Virus record (IMG/VR): IMGVR_UViG_3300023220_001050
Span: 1 to 37,558 of that record
Source: a virus
Lineage: Duplodnaviria; Caudoviricetes
Strand: one strand, 5' to 3'
Length of the DNA stretch: 37,558 nt
Numbering within the stretch: position 1 is the stretch's first letter; the number at the start of each line of letters is the position of its first letter. The translations under genes and the position numbers were made by a program. The notes beneath the pieces were generated by a model. That model was given only the letters and a program-made list of their open reading frames with translations. It made no database searches and was not told the origin of the DNA. Shown here one piece after another: positions 18,137 to 24,709 of this stretch.

Positions 18137-18240
18137 TGTGGTGTGGGTGTTTTTTTTAGGCAGTTGGGGCAGGTGACGTATTTGTGTTGGCTTCGTGTTT
18201 GCCATTGGTATTGGCATTTGGTGCATTGTATTTCTTTCAT
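18133..18240 (-). CDS. Small Zn-ribbon protein, 35 aa (not in ORF track)
   Basis: MKEIQCTKCQYQWQTRSQHKYVTCPNCLKKTPTPQ; leaderless start 24 nt after a TTAAATA box. Confidence 0.65.
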   Translation of the reverse strand: MKEIQCTKCQYQWQTRSQHKYVTCPNCLKKTPTPQ

Positions 18241-18263
18241 AGTAGTAGTGTAAGTAGTAGTAG

Positions 18264-18291
18264 TATTTAAGGTTATATATTGTGCACAATA
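18264..18291 (-). promoter_or_regulatory. Replication-operon promoter with upstream 14-bp palindrome
   Basis: TTAAATA box at 18264-18270; perfect palindrome TATTGTGCACAATA at 18278-18291. Confidence 0.6.
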
Positions 18292-18543
18292 ATTTTCCAT
18301 ATGGTCAATTAATCAGGAGAAAGAGTTTTAGCTTGCCCAGTCGCCTTCCCACACCCCTACCCAAGACTTGATGCCTTTATTGGCTCTTCTCTCCATGGCT
18401 TGGACTGCTCTCCCTTGCCAGTTGTTTTTCGTGCAGCAGATGATGCCGTGTTCAGTTTTTTCCATTTTCCCATTTACATTCGCAGATGCGCATAACTATA
18501 CTTTCTTCGTTTTCTTCAACAATTTCGATCTTGCACTCATGTT

Positions 18544-18861
18544 TCATCGTTCTAGTTCGTCTTGCCTTTTGGTGAGGAGGACTCCTATGTCTCGTGCCGC
18601 GCCGATGGCTGCGTGCGTTATGGCGAGTTCTTCTTGGATTTGGGTCATGCGTCCGCAGCCTTCTTTGTAGGTTTGGTGTAGTGTGCCGTATTCTTTTTGG
18701 AGTTCTGTTATTTGGCGTTTTTGTGTTTCTAGGTATTGTATTACTATTACTCTGGCTGTGTATAGGTTGTTTGGGGTTTCTGGTTTTGGCGTTTTTGGTG
18801 CCCAGTTGTATGCCATTTGTTTTTCCACCTCTAAGGTTTTTTGTGTTGTGCTTTGTGGCAC
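18544..18861 (-). CDS. Coiled-coil hypothetical protein
   Basis: ORF track; real start may be the later Met (MAYNW). Confidence 0.5.
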   Translation of the reverse strand: MPQSTTQKTLEVEKQMAYNWAPKTPKPETPNNLYTARVIVIQYLETQKRQITELQKEYGTLHQTYKEGCGRMTQIQEELAITHAAIGAARDIGVLLTKRQDELER

Positions 18862-19040
18862 TTTCTACAGAGTACTTTAAGTGTGTGGATCGTTACATCA
18901 TCATAGCTTGTGTGGTGGACGTCTACCTTGTTGGTAGAATCGCAGGTTTCGCATTTGTCTCCTTTGATCTTTAATACTGTGGGTCGTACGAATTCTTGCC
19001 ACCATTTTACGCATGTTCCGTCTTTTCCGAGTCTTCTCAT
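18831..19040 (-). CDS. Small HNH endonuclease
   Basis: CETC...VDVHH...LCRKCHKAQH. Confidence 0.8.
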   Translation of the reverse strand: MRRLGKDGTCVKWWQEFVRPTVLKIKGDKCETCDSTNKVDVHHTSYDDVTIHTLKVLCRKCHKAQHKKP

Positions 19041-19051
19041 TTTATGTTTAA

Positions 19052-19079
19052 ATTACGTTAAATGTTGGTTAAACGCACT
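19052..19079 (-). repeat. dif-like site R1 (11-6-11)
   Basis: Minus strand AGTGCGTTTAA CCAACA TTTAACGTAAT; contains the MTase stop codon. Confidence 0.7.
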
Positions 19080-19761
19080 CCAATAATGTTTCTTGTTTTA
19101 ATCTCTTTCTAGCTATCTCAACATAATCCTTATTTATTTCACAACCAACAAAATTATAACCTAATTGCTTACAAGCTACTAGGAAACTACCTGAACCAGC
19201 AAAAGGATCAAACACTTTATCATCTTTCTTAGCAAACTTTTTGAGCAACCAACGACCAAGAGCAACTGGTTTTTGTGTTGGGTGTACTCTTTTTTCCTTA
19301 TGTTTTGTATTACCCACTTGCCCTGGAAACCCTTGAAGAAAACCATTCCACATATATCTAAATATCTTTGTTGGTTTATCAAAAGAAGTCCAAGCAAGTT
19401 CGCAATCAGCAAAATCATTAGTGTATTTATCTTCCACCCTTTTATCCCATACTATCCAACATCTTGAACGAGGTAAATTGATACATAAATGTTCTCCGCC
19501 AAATACGATCTGGTTTTTACTAATTCTTATTATCTCATCAAAATATTTCTTGTGTAATACCTTTTGATCCCAATCTAAATTATGATTACTATAATCCTTA
19601 GTATACCATTTTCCTTTTTTTTGTGAACCTTTTTTAAGATTTAACATTTTTCCAATATTGATTCCATATGGGGGATCTGTTAGTACAAGATCAAAATAGT
19701 TATCTGGCAAGCTTTTCATAAATTTCAGGCAGTCTATATTGTATATTTTGTTCAGTTCCAT
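19069..19761 (-). CDS. DNA N4/N6-methyltransferase (beta class), orphan
   Basis: 'TDPPY', 'HPTQKP', 'DPFAGSGS'; start MELNKIY at 19761; AT-rich. Confidence 0.92.
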   Translation of the reverse strand: MELNKIYNIDCLKFMKSLPDNYFDLVLTDPPYGINIGKMLNLKKGSQKKGKWYTKDYSNHNLDWDQKVLHKKYFDEIIRISKNQIVFGGEHLCINLPRSRCWIVWDKRVEDKYTNDFADCELAWTSFDKPTKIFRYMWNGFLQGFPGQVGNTKHKEKRVHPTQKPVALGRWLLKKFAKKDDKVFDPFAGSGSFLVACKQLGYNFVGCEINKDYVEIARKRLKQETLLECV

Positions 19762-19762
19762 C

Positions 19763-19846
19763 TTAATCATATTGGCATTCTTTACATTTATCATTATCTT
19801 CTAATATAGTAAATATGTTACATATTAAACAATTCTTTGGTTCCAT
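19763..19846 (-). CDS. 27-aa CxxC...CxxC mini-protein (cassette gene)
   Basis: MEPKNCLICNIFTILEDNDKCKECQYD after GAGGTGA RBS. Confidence 0.5.
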   Translation of the reverse strand: MEPKNCLICNIFTILEDNDKCKECQYD

Positions 19847-19859
19847 TCTTTCACCTCAA

Positions 19860-19887
19860 ACTACCTACAATATTAGTTGTACGCACT
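19860..19887 (-). repeat. dif-like site R2 (11-6-11)
   Basis: Minus strand AGTGCGTACAA CTAATA TTGTAGGTAGT. Confidence 0.75.
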
Positions 19888-20001
19888 TACGTATCCTATT
19901 CTCTCTTTACTACATTTTAAATGGTCATAACGAAGATTACGAACTATTGTTCTTTTAGACTCATTTTTTCTAATTATTTTCTCACACCAACTACATTTCA
20001 T
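19873..20001 (-). CDS. 42-aa CxxC...HxxC mini-protein (cassette gene)
   Basis: MKCSWCEKII...YDHLKC...SAYN after GGAGG; stop lies in the R2 spacer. Confidence 0.55.
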   Translation of the reverse strand: MKCSWCEKIIRKNESKRTIVRNLRYDHLKCSKERIGYVSAYN

Positions 20002-20021
20002 TCTTCCCTCCTTGAGCTTAA

Positions 20022-20049
20022 GGTACGTGCAACATTCATTGTGCGCACT
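20022..20049 (-). repeat. dif-like site R3 (11-6-11)
   Basis: Minus strand AGTGCGCACAA TGAATG TTGCACGTACC. Confidence 0.75.
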
Positions 20050-20050
20050 T

Positions 20051-20290
20051 TTACTTTAATAATCTTCTAAAACATTTTTTATAAGATGGAAGATCGAAAT
20101 CTCCACAAAAATCTTTTTCCCTTAGAAACAATTCTCTAATATCAAAGATATGATATGTTGGTGGATGTATTCCTAAAAAACAAAAAAGTTTTCTTTTCCA
20201 ATGCCAGGGAGGTTGGTAAAATTTTGAATTCTTCCAACTTCCATCATATATTGCTTCCCATCCCAAAATTTCATGTGGTAATTTTTTCAT
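20051..20290 (-). CDS. Hypothetical protein (cassette gene)
   Basis: 79 aa, 'KLFCFLGIH'; GGAGAGG RBS; stop 1 nt before R3. Confidence 0.65.
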   Translation of the reverse strand: MKKLPHEILGWEAIYDGSWKNSKFYQPPWHWKRKLFCFLGIHPPTYHIFDIRELFLREKDFCGDFDLPSYKKCFRRLLK

Positions 20291-20316
20291 TTTTATCCTC
20301 TCCAGTTTAGTCTTAA

Positions 20317-20344
20317 AGTTCGTACAGTTCTTATTATACGCACT
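20317..20344 (-). repeat. dif-like site R4 (11-6-11)
   Basis: Minus strand AGTGCGTATAA TAAGAA CTGTACGAACT. Confidence 0.75.
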
Positions 20345-20507
20345 TCTCTTGTGCTTCTTTTAAAGTTAGCATATCATTATAGAGTATTATTCTCCAAGAA
20401 CAACCATCCTTACACTCTGACAATTGTGTTGATACTTCTTTATTTGATGTGAATGTTCCTGTATTTCCACATATTGTACATGCTGCAAAACCTAATTTTT
20501 CTTTCAT
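20334..20507 (-). CDS. 57-aa Cys-rich protein (cassette gene)
   Basis: MKEKLGFAACTICGNTG...ECKDGCSW...QEKCV; stop is the TAA of the R4 arm. Confidence 0.55.
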   Translation of the reverse strand: MKEKLGFAACTICGNTGTFTSNKEVSTQLSECKDGCSWRIILYNDMLTLKEAQEKCV

Positions 20508-20509
20508 TT

Positions 20510-20677
20510 TTATTCGCAGTAGAATAGTGTGGCGCTGTACATCATGACGTAGCCTGCGGGGGTGGGTAGTGGTGTGTGGTGGGTTTGAGTGAATTTGACG
20601 TTGTGGTCTGCGCCGAAAGAATTTATTGCTGCGTCGAACTCATCTCGTGTGTTTTCAGTTATGGTTTTTACTTTCAT
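20510..20677 (-). CDS. Hypothetical 55-aa protein
   Basis: MKVKTITENTRDEFDAAINSF...MYSATLFYCE after GGAGG; first gene of the leftward unit. Confidence 0.6.
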   Translation of the reverse strand: MKVKTITENTRDEFDAAINSFGADHNVKFTQTHHTPLPTPAGYVMMYSATLFYCE

Positions 20678-20714
20678 TTGGTGTGTGCCTCCGTGGGTCT
20701 TGTCGCTTTGGTTG

Positions 20715-20802
20715 GGAGAGAAGGGGGGGTTAGCTAAAAAAAAGAGGTTAAAAATTTTTTAGAAGTGAAAAAAGAGATTTCGCCCCCCCTTTTTGTCTCT
20801 CC
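20715..20802. repeat. Imperfect inverted repeat in a noncoding leader
   Basis: GGAGAGAAGGGGGGG ... CCCCCCCTTTTTGTCTCTCC enclosing A/T tracts. Confidence 0.55.
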
Positions 20803-20841
20803 TGTAGGTGATAGACCTATCTTATAGTAATGTATGGGTAC

Positions 20842-20894
20842 TATTTATATCTTTCTATAATGTTGCATTATTGCATTATGATAACATTTATATA
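20842..20894. promoter_or_regulatory. Divergent archaeal promoters with a central operator
   Basis: Minus TATAAATA at 20842-20849; plus TTTATATA at 20887-20894; ATAATG-ttg-CATTAT and two TTGCATTA copies between them. Confidence 0.7.
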
Positions 20895-20917
20895 GTTTCT
20901 TCACTTACCTCCTAAAC

Positions 20918-21031
20918 ATGGTAAAAACAATAGCGATAAGTGATGAACTATGGAAAAAACTCAAAATAAAAGCAGCACACCAAGAAAAAACTATCAGAGA
21001 AATAGTGGAAGAAAAATGCCAAAACACGTAA
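20918..21031 (+). CDS. Ribbon-helix-helix DNA-binding protein, 37 aa (not in ORF track)
   Basis: MVKTIAISDELWKKLKIKAAHQEKTIREIVEEKCQNT, a typical RHH pattern; leaderless start 24 nt after the TATA box. Confidence 0.75.
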   Translation: MVKTIAISDELWKKLKIKAAHQEKTIREIVEEKCQNT

Positions 21032-21086
21032 TCGTATACCGCGGAAAACAAGTAGGATTAGTTTCGGAGGACTTCTACAGATAAGA

Positions 21087-21410
21087 ATGCACTACATAGA
21101 CGCGGTCAAAAAAGAGATGATGGACTACGCAGTAGCGTGCCATGACAAAGCACAATTACACAACAGAGTAGTCTTAGACTATGACGACATCCCAGACGGG
21201 GAACGAACCCAAAAACAATACGATACAATGGTGGATGCCTGGGGCGAACTACTCGCGGCAAAAGGCCAAATGAAAGCCGCAAGCGACCTTCTCAACCTCG
21301 TCCGGGAAATAGAGGAGAAAATGAACAACAGAGGAGGGGGCGACCCCGAGCGAGAAAACCCCCAATACATCGAAAAAGAATACGAAACAGGTGAAGACGA
21401 ACTATGCTAA
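21087..21410 (+). CDS. Hypothetical helical protein
   Basis: 107 aa ORF in the plus-strand operon. Confidence 0.6.
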   Translation: MHYIDAVKKEMMDYAVACHDKAQLHNRVVLDYDDIPDGERTQKQYDTMVDAWGELLAAKGQMKAASDLLNLVREIEEKMNNRGGGDPERENPQYIEKEYETGEDELC

Positions 21411-21679
21411 GATACATAATAGACAAATTCTGGAAACCACAACCCGAACCGCCAGACGACGCTCTAAACCTCATAGGAGTGGTCGCAGAAGTGCGGGAAG
21501 AAGCCTGGGAGAACTACTCCCAGTTCAGAGAGATGCGCGCCGGTATAGAGACCGCCACGCCAGAACAAACCGCGCGTCTGGATTACGAACAGGGGAAGTT
21601 CGCGGCGCAATACGAAACAGCGGGCAGAATCCTGGCAAGAGTAGTACAGTACAGAATAGACAAATGGAAAGAAGAATAA
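21404..21679 (+). CDS. Hypothetical helical protein
   Basis: 91 aa; AGGTGA RBS; overlaps the upstream stop. Confidence 0.6.
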   Translation: MLRYIIDKFWKPQPEPPDDALNLIGVVAEVREEAWENYSQFREMRAGIETATPEQTARLDYEQGKFAAQYETAGRILARVVQYRIDKWKEE

Positions 21680-21720
21680 TGAGATGGAATTAGATAAATA
21701 GAAAGAGGAGTAAATAGACT

Positions 21721-21981
21721 ATGAAAGAATTACCAGTAGTACAAAAAGAAGAGGAGGCTAGACCTTCTAATGTAGACATAATGGCGCAGACGCTCGCCGG
21801 CAGGTGCGAGACCGCGCTACCAGAAACCTCGTTCGACTACGCCAGACCGACGGACGACGGCGGGTCATACTGTTGGCTGAGCAGGCAGTACGATTTCGAA
21901 TGCAGATACCTTTCACCAGAACAGACAGAGGTCAGTTTCAATGATGGTATGAGTGGTATGTATAACCGATGCGAAAAGTAA
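21721..21981 (+). CDS. Hypothetical 4-Cys protein
   Basis: 86 aa, GAGGAG RBS. Confidence 0.6.
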   Translation: MKELPVVQKEEEARPSNVDIMAQTLAGRCETALPETSFDYARPTDDGGSYCWLSRQYDFECRYLSPEQTEVSFNDGMSGMYNRCEK

Positions 21982-22643
21982 GGCGGGCAGCCTTAGGTCT
22001 TACACTGGTGGTGGGTGCCGCTTTCAACACGCATTGCACAGTCCGCCCTAAAATCGAGTGGGAGAATCAGGAGATGGCTATAGCAGAAGGAAGAATACTC
22101 GTTGACGCGAGGTTTGAAGGAGAGAGTATTAGTTTGGATGCCGTGATGTCCGACTTGGCGCAGGTTCCTAGTTACGTGGTGGCTGTGGGTAACCGTCGTA
22201 GCAGAGTGGTGGTTTTCAGCGGCGAGGTGACTGATCAGCCCGAGGCGGCTCATCTTAAGGGGCAGTATCACCTGACGGCCGGCTTGTACGATAAGGTTTC
22301 GGGGCTTTACCTTAGGGATGAGCGGATGGCTTTTATTCATTTGACGCATAATGGTGGTAGTCCTTCGACCCCTTTGCATGAGTATGGTCACTTGATCGAT
22401 CATGCTTTGGATTACCCTAGTGAGGATGCGGATTTCGTGGGGCTTTGGGAGGTTTCGAGGCGTAAGACTTTTTTGAGGATGCAGATAATGCGTGAGCACG
22501 CCGCTCGCGATAGTGGTGAGTTCTTTGCTGATTGTTTTTCTGCTTATTATCTTTCTCAGACTTCGGAGTGGGCTCTTAAGAGGGATTTCGAGGAGGCTCA
22601 CAAGTACATGGAGAAGTTCGATGAGGAGATGAGCGACAGGTGA
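21969..22643 (+). CDS. Exported HEXXH zinc metallopeptidase (anthrax lethal factor/Pro-Pro endopeptidase-like domain)
   Basis: Basic plus hydrophobic N-terminus ending in Cys; 'LHEYGHLID' and 'GEFFADCFSAYY'. Confidence 0.75.
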   Translation: MRKVRRAALGLTLVVGAAFNTHCTVRPKIEWENQEMAIAEGRILVDARFEGESISLDAVMSDLAQVPSYVVAVGNRRSRVVVFSGEVTDQPEAAHLKGQYHLTAGLYDKVSGLYLRDERMAFIHLTHNGGSPSTPLHEYGHLIDHALDYPSEDADFVGLWEVSRRKTFLRMQIMREHAARDSGEFFADCFSAYYLSQTSEWALKRDFEEAHKYMEKFDEEMSDR

Positions 22644-22879
22644 TCGAAGAAAATGGCAGGGTTTGTTTGGGTGATGTGTTGAGTCTTGACCAGATCGTTG
22701 AAAAGGTGGGGCCTATTGAGGGTTTGAGTATGGGCGGTCTGATTTACAGGGCGGTTTTGGAGGAGGGTGTGCGTGATGAGATCTACGTTTTTGAGAGTTT
22801 CGGTGTTGATCATTACAAGGTAGCTCTCGTGATGAAAAACTTTTACGGGGTGGAAGGTGGAACTACTCATCCCTGGTGA
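22640..22879 (+). CDS. Hypothetical protein
   Basis: 79 aa, GTGA overlap with the upstream gene. Confidence 0.55.
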   Translation: MIEENGRVCLGDVLSLDQIVEKVGPIEGLSMGGLIYRAVLEEGVRDEIYVFESFGVDHYKVALVMKNFYGVEGGTTHPW

Positions 22880-23159
22880 TTGGGACCTGGATGACTTAGC
22901 TGACGATATTATTATATTAGAAAAGGGCACTAAGATAACTAAAGGTGCGTTACAACGTTTGGGTATAGTGCATAGCCATATGGATCGTTACGGTGTGCGG
23001 GTTTACGAGTGGGATAACACGGAGATCTACGGCCTCACTTTCAAGGGGGATGTGGGCACTATCGTTGTGTCGTACGCCGCGGGTCGCAGGTTGGAGGATG
23101 ACGTGTTCGATGCGTTGAAACGGAACATAGTATGGTTACAATACAGGAGGGGTTTATGA
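22857..23159 (+). CDS. Hypothetical protein
   Basis: 100 aa, coupled to neighbours. Confidence 0.55.
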   Translation: MELLIPGDWDLDDLADDIIILEKGTKITKGALQRLGIVHSHMDRYGVRVYEWDNTEIYGLTFKGDVGTIVVSYAAGRRLEDDVFDALKRNIVWLQYRRGL

Positions 23160-23776
23160 TGGATGAGATGAATAGAAGAACTTTGTTGAAGGTTGGCGTT
23201 GCTGGTTTGGCGGGGTTGGCTTTGGGTTGCGGTGATAGTAGCCAGGATCGTAAGTGGCGATCACTAGGCCCACTAGTAGGTATGGATACGTATGTGGAAC
23301 ATCAGAAGTTCACCAGGCAGGAAGAGCGTTGGATCAGGGAGGCTTCCATTGAGCATTTTAACGCGTTCGGGAGTAGCAATTTCGTTTATCAGACCCTCGC
23401 GCAGCAGGGGACCAATCTTGCGTACACTGCGCGTGGCGCTTCTATGTATTACGGTTCTCTCCCTACTAAGGATACGAGGCGGGTGTTTTTTCATAAGGAT
23501 GACAGGATTGATGGTCCGCACATGAATGGCGTTCTGGGTTATATTGATCAGATAGATTTCGATGTGCACGTAGTGGCGGACGAGGGAGATGGTAAGTTTA
23601 CGACTCCGTTCCTCTACACGGCTTTGATTAGGAGTTTCGGGACGCATGATAACTGGCACGACTCGGGGCCTCTGCAGTATAATGGGAACCTTGTGGGTCC
23701 GGATTTCTGGAAGCAAGTGAGCGATAACCAGGAAGGCGTGAATAAGCGGATCAAGGCGTTGCCACGCAGGCCATGA
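23156..23776 (+). CDS. Twin-arginine signal lipoprotein
   Basis: 'MNRRTLLKVGVAGLAGLALGC': Tat motif plus lipobox; GGAGG RBS. Confidence 0.7.
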   Translation: MMDEMNRRTLLKVGVAGLAGLALGCGDSSQDRKWRSLGPLVGMDTYVEHQKFTRQEERWIREASIEHFNAFGSSNFVYQTLAQQGTNLAYTARGASMYYGSLPTKDTRRVFFHKDDRIDGPHMNGVLGYIDQIDFDVHVVADEGDGKFTTPFLYTALIRSFGTHDNWHDSGPLQYNGNLVGPDFWKQVSDNQEGVNKRIKALPRRP

Positions 23777-23869
23777 AAGTTAAATTGTCACTTATTGAGA
23801 GGATTATAGAAGACACAAAGAAGATTATGGAAGAGAGAAAAAAGTCTGAAACTAATAAGGGGCCAATAA

Positions 23870-24112
23870 ATGATTCCGCCGCTTGAGAAGTGTTTGGTAG
23901 AAGGTTTGAGTTACCGCAGGGCGCGGCTTGAGAGTAGTGGTTTGGAGGATACTGGTTATATCAAGAAGAGGGATGTGCACGTCTTCACGGGGCTGCGTAT
24001 GCGTGTGGAGGCTAGGTGCGTTGATGAGCGTAGGCAGCTGTACCACGTTGTTGATATTACTTATTTTAGGCCTGTGCTACGATTACTTGAGGGTGGAAAG
24101 GGAACCGATTAA
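23870..24112 (+). CDS. Hypothetical protein
   Basis: 80 aa, last gene of the plus-strand island. Confidence 0.5.
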   Translation: MIPPLEKCLVEGLSYRRARLESSGLEDTGYIKKRDVHVFTGLRMRVEARCVDERRQLYHVVDITYFRPVLRLLEGGKGTD

Positions 24113-24709
24113 TTCTAAAATCTTTAATTGTTCTTTTTCTTTTTTCATGGCCAGTTTATGTATGATGTTATGGCAAGAATAACAAATAATTATTAGATTC
24201 TTTTCATTATTGATTGATCTATCGCCATTTATATGATGAACTATTAATTTATTTTTTTGATTTTCTTCGCAGATTTCGCATTTGTTTTCTCTTATGGCAA
24301 ATATCGCTTTTCTATAAACCCATCTCCCATCAATATATCTTGGATTGTTTTTCCCTTTTGTATCAACTCTTATTATAGTTTCGATTGATCTTCTGATATT
24401 ATCAGGGTGGTTTGCTTTACATTTATTAGAACAGAATTTTCTTCTTCTTGCTTGCCATTTTTGAATGTATATTTCTTTTTTGCAAGTAAGGCACTTTTTC
24501 CATATACCTGTCTTTGGCTTTTTAGCGTGAACTATATTGTTGTTGTTTATTGCTGCGCATTTTTTACTGCAATATTTTCTTTTTGCTGATTTGTATGCTG
24601 TGAATCCTTTTTTGCAATATCTGCAATTATGATTTGTTTGTGGTAAGGAAACCATTCTGGTGTTGGTTTTATTCTGAATCCGTGTTGTTTTAGTTTGTTT
24701 TTCCACCAT
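24083..24709 (-). CDS. HNH endonuclease with Zn-finger repeats (homing-type)
   Basis: Two CxxC..F/I....KY/FCSxxC repeats, 'GKNNPRYIDG', 'CEIC...VHHINGDRSINNEKNLIIICYSCHNIIH'; AT-rich. Confidence 0.85.
   Translation of the reverse strand: MVEKQTKTTRIQNKTNTRMVSLPQTNHNCRYCKKGFTAYKSAKRKYCSKKCAAINNNNIVHAKKPKTGIWKKCLTCKKEIYIQKWQARRRKFCSNKCKANHPDNIRRSIETIIRVDTKGKNNPRYIDGRWVYRKAIFAIRENKCEICEENQKNKLIVHHINGDRSINNEKNLIIICYSCHNIIHKLAMKKEKEQLKILELIGSLSTLK

Noticed and set aside
18137-18289. N-terminal extension of the 676-aa helicase ORF (poly-Tyr)
   Set aside because: Spans the promoter and the Zn-ribbon gene; the start at 18136 fits better
18485-18512. GATGCGCATAA, a XerC-arm-like 11-mer on the plus strand
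   Set aside because: No matching second arm, opposite orientation, and inside a probable small ORF
19052-20344. Repeats read as a CRISPR array or as integron attC sites
   Set aside because: Intervals are 162-808 bp and coding; repeats vary centrally; only R1 has RYYYAAC and no GTTRRRY/L-box structure is evident; no cas or intI gene
20511-20538. Possible fifth degenerate dif-like site (ACAGCGCCACA CTATTC TACTGCGAATA) at the array boundary
   Set aside because: GCG and CG are correctly spaced but the arms match poorly and it lies in coding sequence; cannot be supported without relatives
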